From: Squalus acanthias
Lineage: Eukaryota
Assembly (NCBI GenBank): GCA_030390025.1
Contig: CM059446.1
Coordinates: forward strand, 53,568,001-53,632,000
Length of the DNA: 64,000 nt
Reading direction: 5' to 3'
The position numbers and the translations under genes are program-made. This document shows positions 52,269-64,000 of the stretch, in pieces; position 1 is the stretch's first letter, and every line of letters starts with the position of its first letter. The notes below the pieces were generated by a model. It was given only the letters and a program-made list of their open reading frames with translations, had not been told where the DNA came from and made no database searches.

Positions 52269-52624
52269 CAGCATTTGTGATTTTTCTTTCCCTCTTTATG
52301 CTGTAGCATTTAGTTAAAAGGGGGACTGTGATGGACAACAGCCCAGCTAAATCAGATTAGCAGCTGCTGTTAGAGATAAGTAGTGTAGATAAAGGTTAGA
52401 ATTTGTGCTTTTTTAAATTTTAAACACTGCAACACTTCCACCATCACAAGAATAAGAAAACCCTCAAAGAGGTAAGGTTCTGCAGAGATGTCCCTCCTTC
52501 TCTCATGAAAGCAGTGACTTCTTCCTGGAGTGCAGTTCCACTGATGCTGGCTTTCTTCCAGTACCTTGCCCAAAGGCCACCTCTTCATGTACTAGTTTTG
52601 ATAGCAACCGTCAAGTTACTCTCA

Positions 52625-53547
52625 TCCAAAAACACATCTGGTTCCACATGTACGCAGACGACACTCAGCTCTACCTCACCACCATCTCATTCGACCCCTC
52701 TATTGCCCAGTGTAGTCAAACTGCTCATCTGACATCCAGTCCTGGATGAGGTGGAATTTCCTGCAATTAAACATTTGGAAGACTGAAGCCATCGTCTTCG
52801 GTCCCGACCATGATCTCCGTTCCCCAGCCACCAATTCCATACCCCTTCCTGGCCACTGTTGCAGGCTGAACCAGACTATTCACAACCTCAGTGTCCTACT
52901 TGACTGAGCTGAGCTTCCAACTCCATATCCTCTCCATCACAAAAACCACCTACTTCCACCTTCGCAATATCGTTCGTCTCTGCCCATCTGCAGCTGAAAC
53001 CATCATCTCTATGTTTGTTACTTCCAGACTAGACTACTCCAATGCTCTTCTGGCCAGCCCCCCATCTTCCACTCTTCATAAATATAAGCTCATTGAAAAC
53101 TCTGCTGCCCATATCCTAACTCACAACAAGTCCCATTCACACATCACTCCTGTGCTTGCTGACCTACATTAGCTCCCGGTCCATCAACATATCAATTTTA
53201 AAATTCTCATCCTTGTTTTCAAATCCCTCCATGGCCTGGCCTCGCCCTCCCTACCTCTGCAACCTACAATGCTTAGACAACTCTGGTCTCTTGTGCATCT
53301 CCTACTTCCTTCGCCCCACCATTGGCGGTCGTACTTTCAGCCTTCTGGGCCATAAGCTCTGGAATTCCCTTCTTAAACCTCTCCCGCCTCTCTCTCCTCC
53401 TTTAAGACACTCCTTAAAACCTACACCAGTCCTAATGTCTCCTTCTTTGGTTCAGTGTCAATTTTTGTCAGTTTACGCTGCTGTGAAGCTTCCTTGGGAT
53501 GTTTTACTACGTTAAATGCGTTATATAAATGCAAGTTGTTGTTGTTC
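52625..53547 (+). mobile_element. L2 LINE 3' portion
   Basis: YADDTQLY; YFHLRNIVRL..FVTSRLDYSNALL..HITPVLADLH; tail ending ATAAATGCAAG(TTG)n. Confidence 0.9.
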
Positions 53548-53569
53548 AAGTGTAGGGTCATCACAGTCC

Positions 53570-53810
53570 AGTCCTCACCTTTCATTAACTCTCACACACC
53601 CAAGCGCAGACTCCTTGCAGCACGATTATGATTTCAGGAGCAGCAACCCTGGCTGTTTTTTGCTCCGTCAAAAAGCACTCGTCAATTGCAACATCCCAAC
53701 TGGCAGCTAAGCTGTGATCACACAACACAGCAGAGACTAGAGCACAAAACTCAGAGCTTCTTGGTCGAGATGGATCAATTACTTGCTGCCTTAATCAGCT
53801 GAGCCATCAG
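53570..53810 (-). mobile_element. SINE-like family A, 5' part
   Basis: CAGGAGCAGCAACCCTGGCTG is the reverse complement of AGCCAGGGTTGCTGCTCCTG at ~1165. Confidence 0.55.
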
Positions 53811-53872
53811 AGAATTTACACGGAACATTTCAATCCATAACTGATTGTTATTTTTGGAATGAGGCGTTTCTT

Positions 53873-54321
53873 TTATTCGTTCCTGGGATGTGGGCGTCGC
53901 TGGCAAGGCCAGCATTTATTGTACATCCCTAATTGCCCTGGAGAAGGTGGTGGTGAGCCACCGCCTTGAACCGCTGCAGTCCGTGTGGTGAAGGTACTCC
54001 CAACAGTGTTGTTAGGGAGGGAGTTCCAGGATTTTGACCCAGCGACAATGAAGGATCGGCGATATATTTCCAAGTCAGGTTGGTGTGTGACCTGGAGGGG
54101 AACTTGGAGGTGGTGGTGTTCCCATGCGTCTGCTGCCCTTGTCCTTCTAGGGGGTAGAGGTCTCGGGTTTGGGAGGTGCTGCCGAAGAAGCCTTGGCGAG
54201 TTGCTGCAGTGCTTCTTGTAAATGGTACACACTGCAGCCACGGTACGCCGGTGGTGGAGGGAGTGAATGTTTAAGGTGGTGGATGGGGTGCCAATCAAGC
54301 AGGTTGCTTTGTCCTGGATGG
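53873..54321 (-). mobile_element. CR1/L2-group LINE 3' end, young copy
   Basis: Near-identical reverse complement of ~55987-56432; IGTPSTTLNIHSLHHRRTVAAVCTIYK. Confidence 0.9.
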
Positions 54322-54632
54322 ATATACAAGCTGATTCCTGGGATTTAGCAGTTGTGGGGGGCAGTCGCCCCAAGATATAGTAACACTGTGCAGGTGGTGG
54401 GCTCCCAGGGCCCACTGATAACTGGGGCGGGTGGGGGGAGAAATCACAGAAAGTGGTAACACTTTGCAGGGTGCCAGGTAGTGGAACACTGAAGGGCAGG
54501 GGAGTTGGGGAGGGAAAGAGAACCTGTTTATGGTAAATTGGAAGACAGCCTGTTTTATGTCACATACAATATTAGATCAGGGCCAGTAATTTACATTGAT
54601 TAAGTCAAATTGCATTCTTATTACAGAGTATG

Positions 54633-57051
54633 TGTCACGTTTTGGGATATGATTAGTTTATATTACGATGTTGCTCTGCAATTAAATTTGGTTCACAGGG
54701 AGGTAACTCCCAGGAACATGTGATTCAGGATGTTGATTTACCCTGGGTACTAAACGAAGTAGTTAACAGAATTGTGTGCACTCAATACCATACCAACAGA
54801 TTTCAGAGAGGTTCGCACCCCCACCATCACAGAAGCCAGTCTTCAGCCAATTCGATTCACTCCACATGATACCAAGAAACGACTGAGTGCACCAGATACA
54901 GCAAAGGCTATGGGCCCCGACAACATCCCGGCTATCGTGATGAAGACTTGTGCTCCAGAACTAGCTGCGCCTCTAGCCAAGCTGTTCCAGTACAGCTACA
55001 ACACTGGCATCTATCCAACAATGTGGAAAACTGGCCAGGTATGTCCTGTCCACAAAAAGCAGGACAAATCCAACCCAGCCAATTACCGCCCCATCAGTCT
55101 ACTCTCAATCATCAGCAAAGTGATATCAAGCGGCATTTACTCACCAATAACCTGCTCACTGATGCCCAGTTTGGGTTCCGCCAAGACCACTTGGCTCCCG
55201 ACCTCATTACAGCCTTGGTCCAAACATGGACAAAGGAGCTGAATTCCAGAGGTGAGGTGAGGTGAGTGACTGCCCTTGACATCAAGGCAGCATTTGACCA
55301 AGTGTGGCATCAAGGAGCCCTAGTAAAACTGAAGTCAATGGGAATGAGGGGGAAAACGCTCCACTGGCTGGTCTCATACCTGGCACAAAGGAAGATGGTT
55401 GTGGTGGTTGAAGGTCAATCATCACAGCCCCAGAACATCGCTGCAGGAGTTCCTCAGGGCAGTGTCCTAGGCCCAACCATCTTCAGCTGCTTCATCAATG
55501 AGTTTCCCTCCAACATAAGGTCAGAAATGGGAATGTTCGCTGATGACTGCACAGTGTTCAGCGCCATTCACAACTCCTCAGATAATGAAGCAGTCCATGC
55601 TCGCATGCAACAAAATCTGGACGACGTTCAGGCTTGAGCTGATAAGGGGCAGGTAACATTCGCGCCACACAAGTGCCAGGCAAAGACTATCTCCAACAAG
55701 CGAGAGTCTAACTACCTCCCCATGACATTCAACGGCATCACCATCGCCGAATCCCCCACCATCAACATCCTGGGGATCATCATTGACCAGAAACTTAACT
55801 GGACCAGCCACATAAATACTGTGGCAACAAGAGCAGGTCAGAGGCTAGGTATTCTGCGGCGAGTATCTCACCTCCTGACTCCCCAAAGCCTTTCCACCAT
55901 CTACAAGGCACAAGTAAGGAGTGTGATGGAATACTCTCCACTTGCCTGGATGAGTGCAGCTGCAACAACACTCAAGAAGCTCGACACCATCAGGACAAAG
56001 CAGCCCGTTTGATTGGCACCCCATCCACCACCTTAAACATTCACTCCCTCCACCACCAGCGTACCGTGGCTGCAGTGTGTACCATCTACAAGATGCACTG
56101 CAGCAACTCGCCAAAGCTTCTTCAGCAGCACCTCCCTAACCCGCAACCTCTTCCACCTAGAAGGACAAGGGCAGCAGGCGCATGTGAACACCACCACCTC
56201 CAAGTTCCCCTCCAAGTCTCACACCATCCTGACTTAGAAGTATATCGCCAATCCTTCATCGTCGCTGGGTCAAAATCCTGGAACTCCCTACCTAACAGCA
56301 CTGTGGGAGTACCTTCACCACACAGACTGCAACGGTTCAAGGCGTCTCACTACCACCTTCTCAAGGGCAACTAGGGATGGGCAATAAATGCTGGCCTTGC
56401 CAGTGACGCCCAGATCCCATAAACAAATTTAAAAAAAAATGTTGGATTGGTTCAATTTACTAAACACTTAAGGAGGCCTAAGGTAAGCGGGCAATGTATT
56501 GCCAGAACTCCTACACAAGGCGGGAGGTCCCTCATTTAAGGTGGTAGTTTTGTTTGGCAGCTCCTCAAGCCAATCCTCAACACAGAAAGCTGGGTGAAGG
56601 GCAGAGATTAAGCTATTAGCCTCCTCTCTCTCTGAAAGAATGAGAAACAGAAAGGTCTTGCATTCTCTCTCTCTAGTCAGAGGAAGGCTGAGAGAGACAC
56701 TAGGTTGAGGCAAATGGATGTGGCCAACAATAGAAAAGTCTAATGCTAGTTAGAGATAGTGACTTGTAACGTGAAAGTTTGCATAATTTATTATTTTTGA
56801 TGTTAAGGAAATAAAATAAAACTCTGAAACTTTATCCTGTTCATGTATTTTGTGCAAAATAAAACAATTTATGGTTTGTAGCTGGCCCTTGCCTCATTCA
56901 AGTGTTTATCAGTCCGCTTTCCAGAATTTAAAAGAAATGTACATGCAAGACACACACACACGGGGTCTTATTGTTACAGCCCCTGGGCTACCCTATTATA
57001 CACGTATGTATTGGGCAATAAAAGTATACCCTTGATGTAGGCAACACGACG
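54633..57051 (+). mobile_element. Possible solo-LTR-like element interrupted by the LINE above
   Basis: Ends TGTCACGTT..AACACGACG form an imperfect TG..CA-type inverted terminus; internal AATAAA motifs. No TSD found. Confidence 0.35.
54815..56435 (+). mobile_element. CR1/L2-group LINE, 5'-truncated RT pseudogene
   Basis: KAMGPDNIP, NYRPISLLS, ALDIKAAFDQVWH, GVPQGSVLGP, MFADD across frameshifts; ends in an A-run. Confidence 0.93.
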
Positions 57052-57194
57052 TCCCTTTTTGGAGTGAATGCAGAACTCGAGAGAACATCTAATGCAGACT
57101 CAACATTTGTAACAGTATTGTAGTGATATTTTTGCATTTGAATTATAAAGCTTTATGCACATTTACTGTATATTAGTGGTTTAAGATTCTATGA

Positions 57195-57430
57195 TACTAC
57201 TTCGAAGAGATTCTCCTTGTGTCGTGGCCAATATTTATTCCTTACCCAACATCACTTAAAAAACAAAGATTATCTGGCTATTATTTCATTGCTGTTTGTG
57301 GGAGCTTGCTGTGCACAAATTGGCTGCAGTGTTTCCCTTTCTTACAACAATGACTACACTTCAAAAGTAATTAATTGGCTTTGGGATGTCCTGAGGTCGT
57401 GAAAGGTGCTGTATTAATGCAAGCCCATTC
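57195..57430 (+). mobile_element. DeuSINE 3' part
   Basis: TCATTGCTGTTTGTGGGAGCTTGCTGTGCACAAATTGGCTGC plus tail. Confidence 0.8.
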
Positions 57431-59175
57431 CTTTAAGTTAGTGGCTTTGATTACTTTTAAACATTGATTGAGTTTAAACATTCACTTAACTTCATAGTTA
57501 ACTTTATTTCTTACTTTTTTTTTTAAAGCCCAGGATACAGAGGAAGATGGCAGGAACGACGTTCTAGTTTGCAAATACATCGGAAGTAGGTTTTAGTAAC
57601 TGCAGGTTTGCAAGGGTAAGGGAAGAAGGCCCAGCATTTTAAATGTAGCAGGCAAAGGAGAGGAGCAGAACAGTGCTGAGCAGGTTTGGCTGACAGCCAA
57701 GGGCAGCAAAAATGGCAGAGGGGCAGGAGCAGGGAGGGAGTCAGCAGCTGAAATGATGTGGGGCAGAGGTCAGAACCAGGAGGAGTGTCAGAAGAAAGCA
57801 GAGACAGAGCAGTTACAGGGTCAAAATCCAGATAGAGCCATGAGCGGTCCTGGAGATTTTTTTTTTTAAACAACAGTTTTTGGTGTCCTGAGTTCGAATG
57901 ACAGTAGAGGCTGAGGATGTGGGTGACAAGAAGGATGAGGCTCTGCAACACCACCTGGTCTCGGGAGACCTGCACTTACAGCTTGACAGCTATATGTTGA
58001 CATAGGATTCCCCCACCACCCCCCAGCCATGATAAATATTGACATACAAAGCATCACTCAAAATTCATGACAAAGGAAGGGTAATGTGTACAGGAAGTGT
58101 GCACCAGACACAAGGCTTCTAATATTAAAATCCGATCTTCCATGAAGTCACTCAGGATAAGTCAAAGGATATGGTCTCTTTCTTATCTATGTCTGTCGTG
58201 TTCATGTTGCTGTTTCTCGCCATCTCTGTTCATCTGGTTTTTCTGTTACTCTTTATATTGTTTTCCTATTTGTTTATGGGCGAGAAGTGATGTGCAAGGG
58301 AATGAAGCTGCTGCTTGCATTTTCTGGTGACTGGTGCAGGAAAATATAGCTTACAGGCTTTGACAGCTCCTTGGACATTTCCCTACCGCTTAGGCCATGT
58401 ATGTTTGCTGGCTCCATATACACTTGTTGCCATTGTCTCGTATGAGCGACCTGCCACATCGCACATGGTCTGCGTCTTTTCTGCCTCCTGCATTTGGTCC
58501 TGTGTTACCTCAGCTCCTCTTCTGTAGCCCCATCTGTTCTGCTGTCTTCCTCCAATCACCTGCACTTTCCACCTTTGGTTCTCGCTCAGCTGACACTGCA
58601 TACTTCATCCTCATTGAGACCCCATTCTCTAGCATCATGGTCCATAGTCTCCGAGCCCATATTTCCTTCTCCCCAACTGGATACTGAGAGCTCAAAGGCC
58701 TAATTCCCCCTCCTAGCCTGAGGCGACACAGCCTCTGAAGAATTAGTTGGGAAGGGAGAGTGGTTGATGGGTAGCAGTTCTGGGGCTGGAGAAATCAGAT
58801 CAGGGACCAAAGCGGTCATAGGAGGTATAGAAGCAGAAGTGGCACAATATGGCCACAGGCGATGGTAGCAGGGTCTAAAGTAGTCCCCAAAGCAGTGGAA
58901 GCAAGACAACAGAAGTGGGAGCAAGAGGCAGAATGGCTACAACCAGGGGAGAAGCAGGAGTGGAACCCAAGAGCGGGGAAGAGACAGGAGCAGGGCTGTA
59001 AAGGAGCCCAAGCAAGAGCAGTACCCAACACGACCCAGAAGCAGGAGTGGGAGTACAAAGCAGTGGAATTGGGCCCAAAACGGCCACTAGGCTATGCCAA
59101 AGAGATGGAAATGGAGCAGACATGGGAGTAAAAGAGCCAACAGCTTTTCCAAAGGGTCAACTTAGTGAAACTACT

Positions 59176-59379
59176 GTGAGAAGTCGCACAACACCAGGTT
59201 ATAGTCCAACAGGTTTATTTGAAATCACAAGCTTTCGGAGCGCTGCTCCTTCATCACCTGACGAAGGAGCAGGCGCTCCGAAAGCTTGTGATTTCAAATA
59301 AACCTGTTGGACCATAACCTGGTGTTGTGCGACTTCTCACAATTGCCCACCCCAGTCCAACACCAGCATCTCCACATCA
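59176..59379. mobile_element. Penelope-like palindromic insertion flanked by a 13-bp target-site duplication
   Basis: Near-perfect palindrome 59175-59341; TAGTGAAACTACT at 59163-59175 and 59380-59392. Confidence 0.8.
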
Positions 59380-59392
59380 TAGTGAAACTACT

Positions 59393-60700
59393 ACACAGGG
59401 CTATCTGCAAGCTAAATCATCAAAAGCGGCAGGTTATAAAGAGCTAAGCATTCCCACAATCAACAGATCAGAACAAGGCTCTATAAGCTCTACCACATCC
59501 AGCCAAGAATGGTGGCAGACAACCACTCAATTAACAGGAGGCATCAATCCATGAACATCCTCAACTATGGTGGAGCCCTGCACGAGCATAAGAGACAAGG
59601 CTTAAGTGTTTGCAAGTGTCTTCAGACAAAAATGCCCAGTGGATGATCCTACACTTGCCGTCTCCACGAGTATAGATCTGTATCCAGCCTATTTTGTTCA
59701 CTCCACATGACATTAGGAAGCGGCTGTGTGCACTGGACTCAGAAAAGGCTATGGGCCCCGACAACATCCCGTTGGTGCTTTAGACCTGTGCACCAGACCT
59801 AGCTGCTCCCCTAGCCAAGCTGATCCAGTACAGCTATAAAACGGACATCTGCCAAACACTGAAAAATTATCAAGGTATATCTTGTGCACAAAAAACAGAA
59901 TAAATCTAACTCACCACCCTATCAGCCTCCTCCTAATCATCAAGTGATGGAAGAAGTCGTCACTAGTGCCATCAAATGACACCTACTCACCGACACTTAC
60001 TTCTGGTTCCACCATATTACAGCCATGGATTCAAGAATTGAACGCCAGAGGAGATGCAAGAGTAGCTGCCCTGGACATCAAGGCAGCATTCGGCTAAGTA
60101 TAGCACCAAGGAGCCCTAGCAAGACTGGTCAATTGGGGAGGGGATCAAAGTAAAAACCTTCTAGTGGCTGGAATCATACCTGATGTAAAGGAAGATGGTT
60201 GTGGTTGTTGGAAGCAAGTCATCACAGCCCCAGTACATCACTGCAGAGGTTCCGCAAAGAAGAATGCTCAGCTCAACTATCTTAAGCTGCTTCATCAAAC
60301 CTTCTCTCCATCAGGCCAGGAGGTCTGTTCGCTGACAATCCCACAGCATTCAGCTTCATTCACAACTCCTCCAATAATGAATAATTCCATCCCAGCTCAC
60401 ATCAGGACTCAGATAACACCCAGCTTAGGCTGCCAAGTGTCAGGTAATGGCTATCTCAAACAAGAGAAAGCACAGTTATCTCCACCCGACCGTCAATGAC
60501 ACCTCCAGCGCCAAGTCCCACACAATTAACCAGGAGCTGAACTGGACTAGCAATATCAGCATCATGGCTAGAAGACCAGGGTAGTTGCTCGGTACTCTGA
60601 TGAATGGCTCGCCATCTGAGCCCTCAACGCCTCTCCACCATTTACAAGGCTCAAATCAGGAGTTTGATGACGTACACCACTCGCCTGGATAGGTGCAGCT
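59393..60700 (+). mobile_element. Older degenerate copy of the 54815-56435 LINE family
   Basis: AAAGGCTATGGGCCCCGACAACATCCCG and GACATCAAGGCAGCATT match the younger copy. Confidence 0.85.
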
Positions 60701-61197
60701 GCAAGATGAGATGCTTGAGACACATAATAAAGTGCTATATAAATGCAAGTTTCTTATTTTTCTCTGTGATTTCAATTTTAAACAATGATTGAAGCCAACC
60801 ACCAAATAAACATGTCAAGTCAGATCCACAATTCTTTAAATGGTGATATATCAGGACCTATATGGCATTTTATTTATATGGTGGCAGATTTAGAGAATGG
60901 CTATAAAGGAATAAGGATGAAATGAAGTGGCGGACTTACCGTATATTTACAGTATCACAGTGGGATATTGGATAATTGGGCATGATGATCCGTTTGTTAG
61001 AACGAAAGGTGGAGATGGGTTGTTACAACTATTGAAGCATCCACATATTGCAATTTTTGTCATTTGAGTTATTTTACATCTTCCGCAGTATAATTTTATG
61101 GAACTGCTTTTCGAATAGGTTTCCTGGTATAATTGATATTCTTCTCATTTAAATCAAAAGCTAACACTTACAGGAGAGTAGCAAGAGTCACAGCAGC

Positions 61198-61745
61198 ATA
61201 AGAACATAAGAACCAAGAGGAGTAGGCCATTCGGTCCTTCGAGCCTGCTCCGCCATTCAATATCATGGCTAATCTTCTACCTCAACTCCACTTTCCCGCA
61301 CTAACCCCACATCCCTCGATTTCCTTAATATCCAAAAATCTATCGATCTCTATCTTGAATATACTCAACGACTGAGCATCCACAGCCCTCTGGGGTAGAG
61401 AATTCCAAAGATTCATAACCTTTTGAGTGAAGAAATTTCTCCTCATCTCAGTCCTAAATGGCTGACCCCTTATTCGGGGACTGTGACTCCTAGTTCTAGA
61501 ATTCCCAGCCAGGGGAAACATCCTCCCAGCATCTACCCTGTCAAGCCCTCGAAGAATTATATATGTTTCGATGAGATCACCACTCATTCTTCTAAACTCT
61601 AGGGAATACAGGCCTAGTCTACTCAATCTCTCCTCATAGGACAATCCCCCCACATCCCAGGCACGTATAACCTCCTTAGGTAAGGAGACCAAAACTGTAC
61701 ACAGTACTCCAGGTGTGGTCTCACCAAGGCCCTATATAATTGCAG
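61198..61745 (-). mobile_element. CR1 LINE 3' portion
   Basis: LSYEERLSRLGLYSLEFRRMSGDLIETY..RNFFTQKVMNLWNSLP; (CATAAGAA)n tail. Confidence 0.92.
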
Positions 61746-62114
61746 GGTGAAAGATGCTCACGTACTAACTCTCCTGTGAAAAGACACAGTCACACTGCTA
61801 TAGAGGTCATAGCCACTGTAAAAACAAAAGCCAGCAACATACCAAGGTGCTGAGACAATGCGATAAACAGCAAAAAAAATAAGCTTGTCTGGTTTAACAA
61901 CAACAACTCAATTTTTTGGCACACACTGTTCTTTAAAAAGCTTAATAATTACCATCTTCCTTTTATTTTTGTCATGACCCAAAATAGGAAGATGGTTCTT
62001 GCAACTGCATCATGGATTTATTAAGCATTTTTTATTTCACTGATTGATAATCTTATATGTCGAACAACCAGAATATGATGAATGTCTTCTTTCTCAAAGC
62101 TTGACATTAAACAC

Positions 62115-62555
62115 AGACTGTGTACAGAGTAGATTCACCAGGATGATGTCAAGGATGGGAAACTAAAGTTATGAAGAGAGACGCGAGACACTGGGACTGT
62201 ATCCACTTGTACAGAGACAGCCAAAACGAGAATGAATAGAGGTCTTTAAAGTTATATGAAGGGTTTTGATCGGGAAAGACTATTTCCTCTGGTTGGGGAG
62301 TCAGTGACAAGGAGTCATCAATTTAAAATGGTCACTAAGACAGTGAGGAGAAGTTTCTTTATGCAGAGGGTGTTTGAGGCAGAGACCATTTCATTTTTAA
62401 GGGCAAAGTGAGTAAATATTTAAAGCAGAGGAAGATACAGAGATATGGAGAGACAGGGCAAGGCAGTGGGATTAGTTCTGGATTGCTCCAACAAACAGCT
62501 GGCACAGACATAATGGGCTGAATAGCCTCCTTTTGTGCTGCAAACTTCTATGGTC
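62115..62555 (+). mobile_element. CR1 LINE 3' fragment
   Basis: GTACAGAGTAGATTCACCAGGATG start and GGGCTGAATAGCCTCC tail. Confidence 0.75.
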
Positions 62556-63545
62556 CATAGCGCAAGTCATAATTTTATCTAGCACATCTATCAGGGATTA
62601 CTGGGCAGGAATCAGGAGCAGGCACCCTGGCCAATTTGCTCCTCCTCAGTCAAGGACCACCAAGTCCAATTTTGAAAATTAAGGATATTTTAGCATGTGA
62701 AAGGAGAATGATTAGAAATTTTATAAATTGGTGATGCTTTAATTCAGTTCACATTTGGCCTCACATACCACCACAATTATAATTTAGTCCCAAAAGGAAA
62801 ATGTATAATGAGGCTGGTGGAATACTCTCTGGACAGTACACACAGTGGTTATTGATTTACAATAGTGGGTAGTGCTAATGCTTTACAGTCAAGATGCAAA
62901 TTAGTCTCAATACTCACAAACCACAACTTGATATCTAGAACTCATCCAATCTCTGGCTAATACATTTACTCCAACGTTGAACACATGCAAAATCATGCCT
63001 GTAAATGTTCAGTTAATTTTCACATAATGGCATTCTCCAAAGGACAGGACAAGATCAAGTAGAAACTCCCATTCATTTTAAGAGTGTTTTTCAAGGATAT
63101 AAGACAGGCTTTAGTACATCCTTACTGCACATTTGTAGGAAGCTAATTGGTCTGTAGGAACCACACAACTAGGAAATCTCCTGCCATTATTCCCTACTCC
63201 CTGGTACTGTTTACAGATAGAAGGACTTGTATTTATATTGCGATGTCCCAAAGCGCTTTACTGCCAATGAAGTACTTTTTGAAGTGTAGTCACGGTTATA
63301 ATGAGCTACATTATATGATTCATAAACAATTCGATCAATCACCAATCTTTGGTAAATTTCAAACTTCATGACCACAGGGTTCTTGACAAGTTTTGCCTAC
63401 TATCAGTCCATTTACATTCTGGTTGGTATGGCTTAGTACTCACATGGACACTGGAAATGTAAAATCATCATGTCTACAATAGATTAAGGGCTTACAACAT
63501 TGGCCTTAACTTTCTGAACTCTAAAGCAGTTCACAGCATACTGAC

Positions 63546-63660
63546 CTGGTGTGTTTCTCTTTGACAAATTTAGGATCATCAAGGTGTTTGGAGGATGGGA
63601 ACTCACTACATATAAATCGTTCTAGAACCAATTGGTATTTCTGCAGCTGCACCAAACAGC
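63546..63660 (-). CDS. CTC1: CTC1 coding exon (first in window): GCLVQLQKYQLVLERFICSEFPSSKHLDDPKFVKEKHTR
   Basis: ttcttcAG acceptor, AG|GTCAGT donor, 115 nt. Matches human CTC1 segment [27 protein letters not shown] (recalled). Phase joins the next exon. Confidence 0.92.
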
Positions 63661-64000
63661 CTGAAGAAAGAAAAAACGGAAGCTCTAATTCCAGACAGAT
63701 AATGGAAACAAAAACAACAAAAAATCAAATGCAGGAAATCTTTATAGAAAGTACTGAAAATACACAGGAAATCCAACAGCACCTGAAAGTGAAACAGCAG
63801 GTTAACACATTGGTGTGGGGGCAGAAATGATCATTCTGATGAAATTTTAAGCTGTGTTTTCTCTTTTGGTATGTTGACGGACCTGCTATAGTTCCATATA
63901 TTTATACAATTACTTCATGGTTATATCTTTTCAATATAGAATGTTATATTGTGCATGCTTCTCGTGCTCATCTATTTTATTGTACAAGTAGTAGATGATC

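Noticed and set aside
57523-57975. 150-aa minus-strand ORF in a CTC1 intron
   Set aside because: CTC1 exons 63546-63660 and 49910-50597 join without a gap, and the ORF lies in skewed repeat-like sequence.
60940-61123. Exon-like segment with a strong CG|GTAAGT donor
   Set aside because: All three frames contain stops, it is not needed for CTC1 collinearity, and there is no other support.
1-64000. Telomerase RNA, U8 snoRNA or true tRNA genes near CTC1
   Set aside because: No CTAACCCTAA template, no U8 5' motif, and the tRNA-like A/B boxes seen belong to SINE heads.

Overview
Vertebrate genomic DNA, almost certainly a shark or ray: it carries an HE1-type V-SINE, DeuSINE/SacSINE1-like SINEs, CR1/L2 LINEs and Penelope-like repeats. 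The main gene is CTC1 (CST telomere-maintenance complex subunit) on the minus strand. I reconstructed its last 13 coding exons by hand (63660 down to the stop at 16504); all have GT-AG boundaries and consistent phases, and the peptide aligns with my recollection of the human CTC1 C-terminal half. Its poly(A) signal is at ~16160. Downstream on the same strand is a CpG-island promoter and the first two coding exons (MEQ|TLSGSDNGIECL...) of a gene I could not identify. That gene has a uORF-rich leader and a probable second intronic CRE/CCAAT promoter. The least explained structure lies inside CTC1 at ~44-51.3 kb: a stretch with no recognisable transposons that retains CpGs. It contains two promoter-like motif clusters, a perfect 28-bp hairpin, a candidate poison exon and an exon with a greatly expanded linker, which together suggest a nested transcription unit or internal CTC1 isoform. 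Repeat boundaries are approximate, family names are from memory, and no database search was run.
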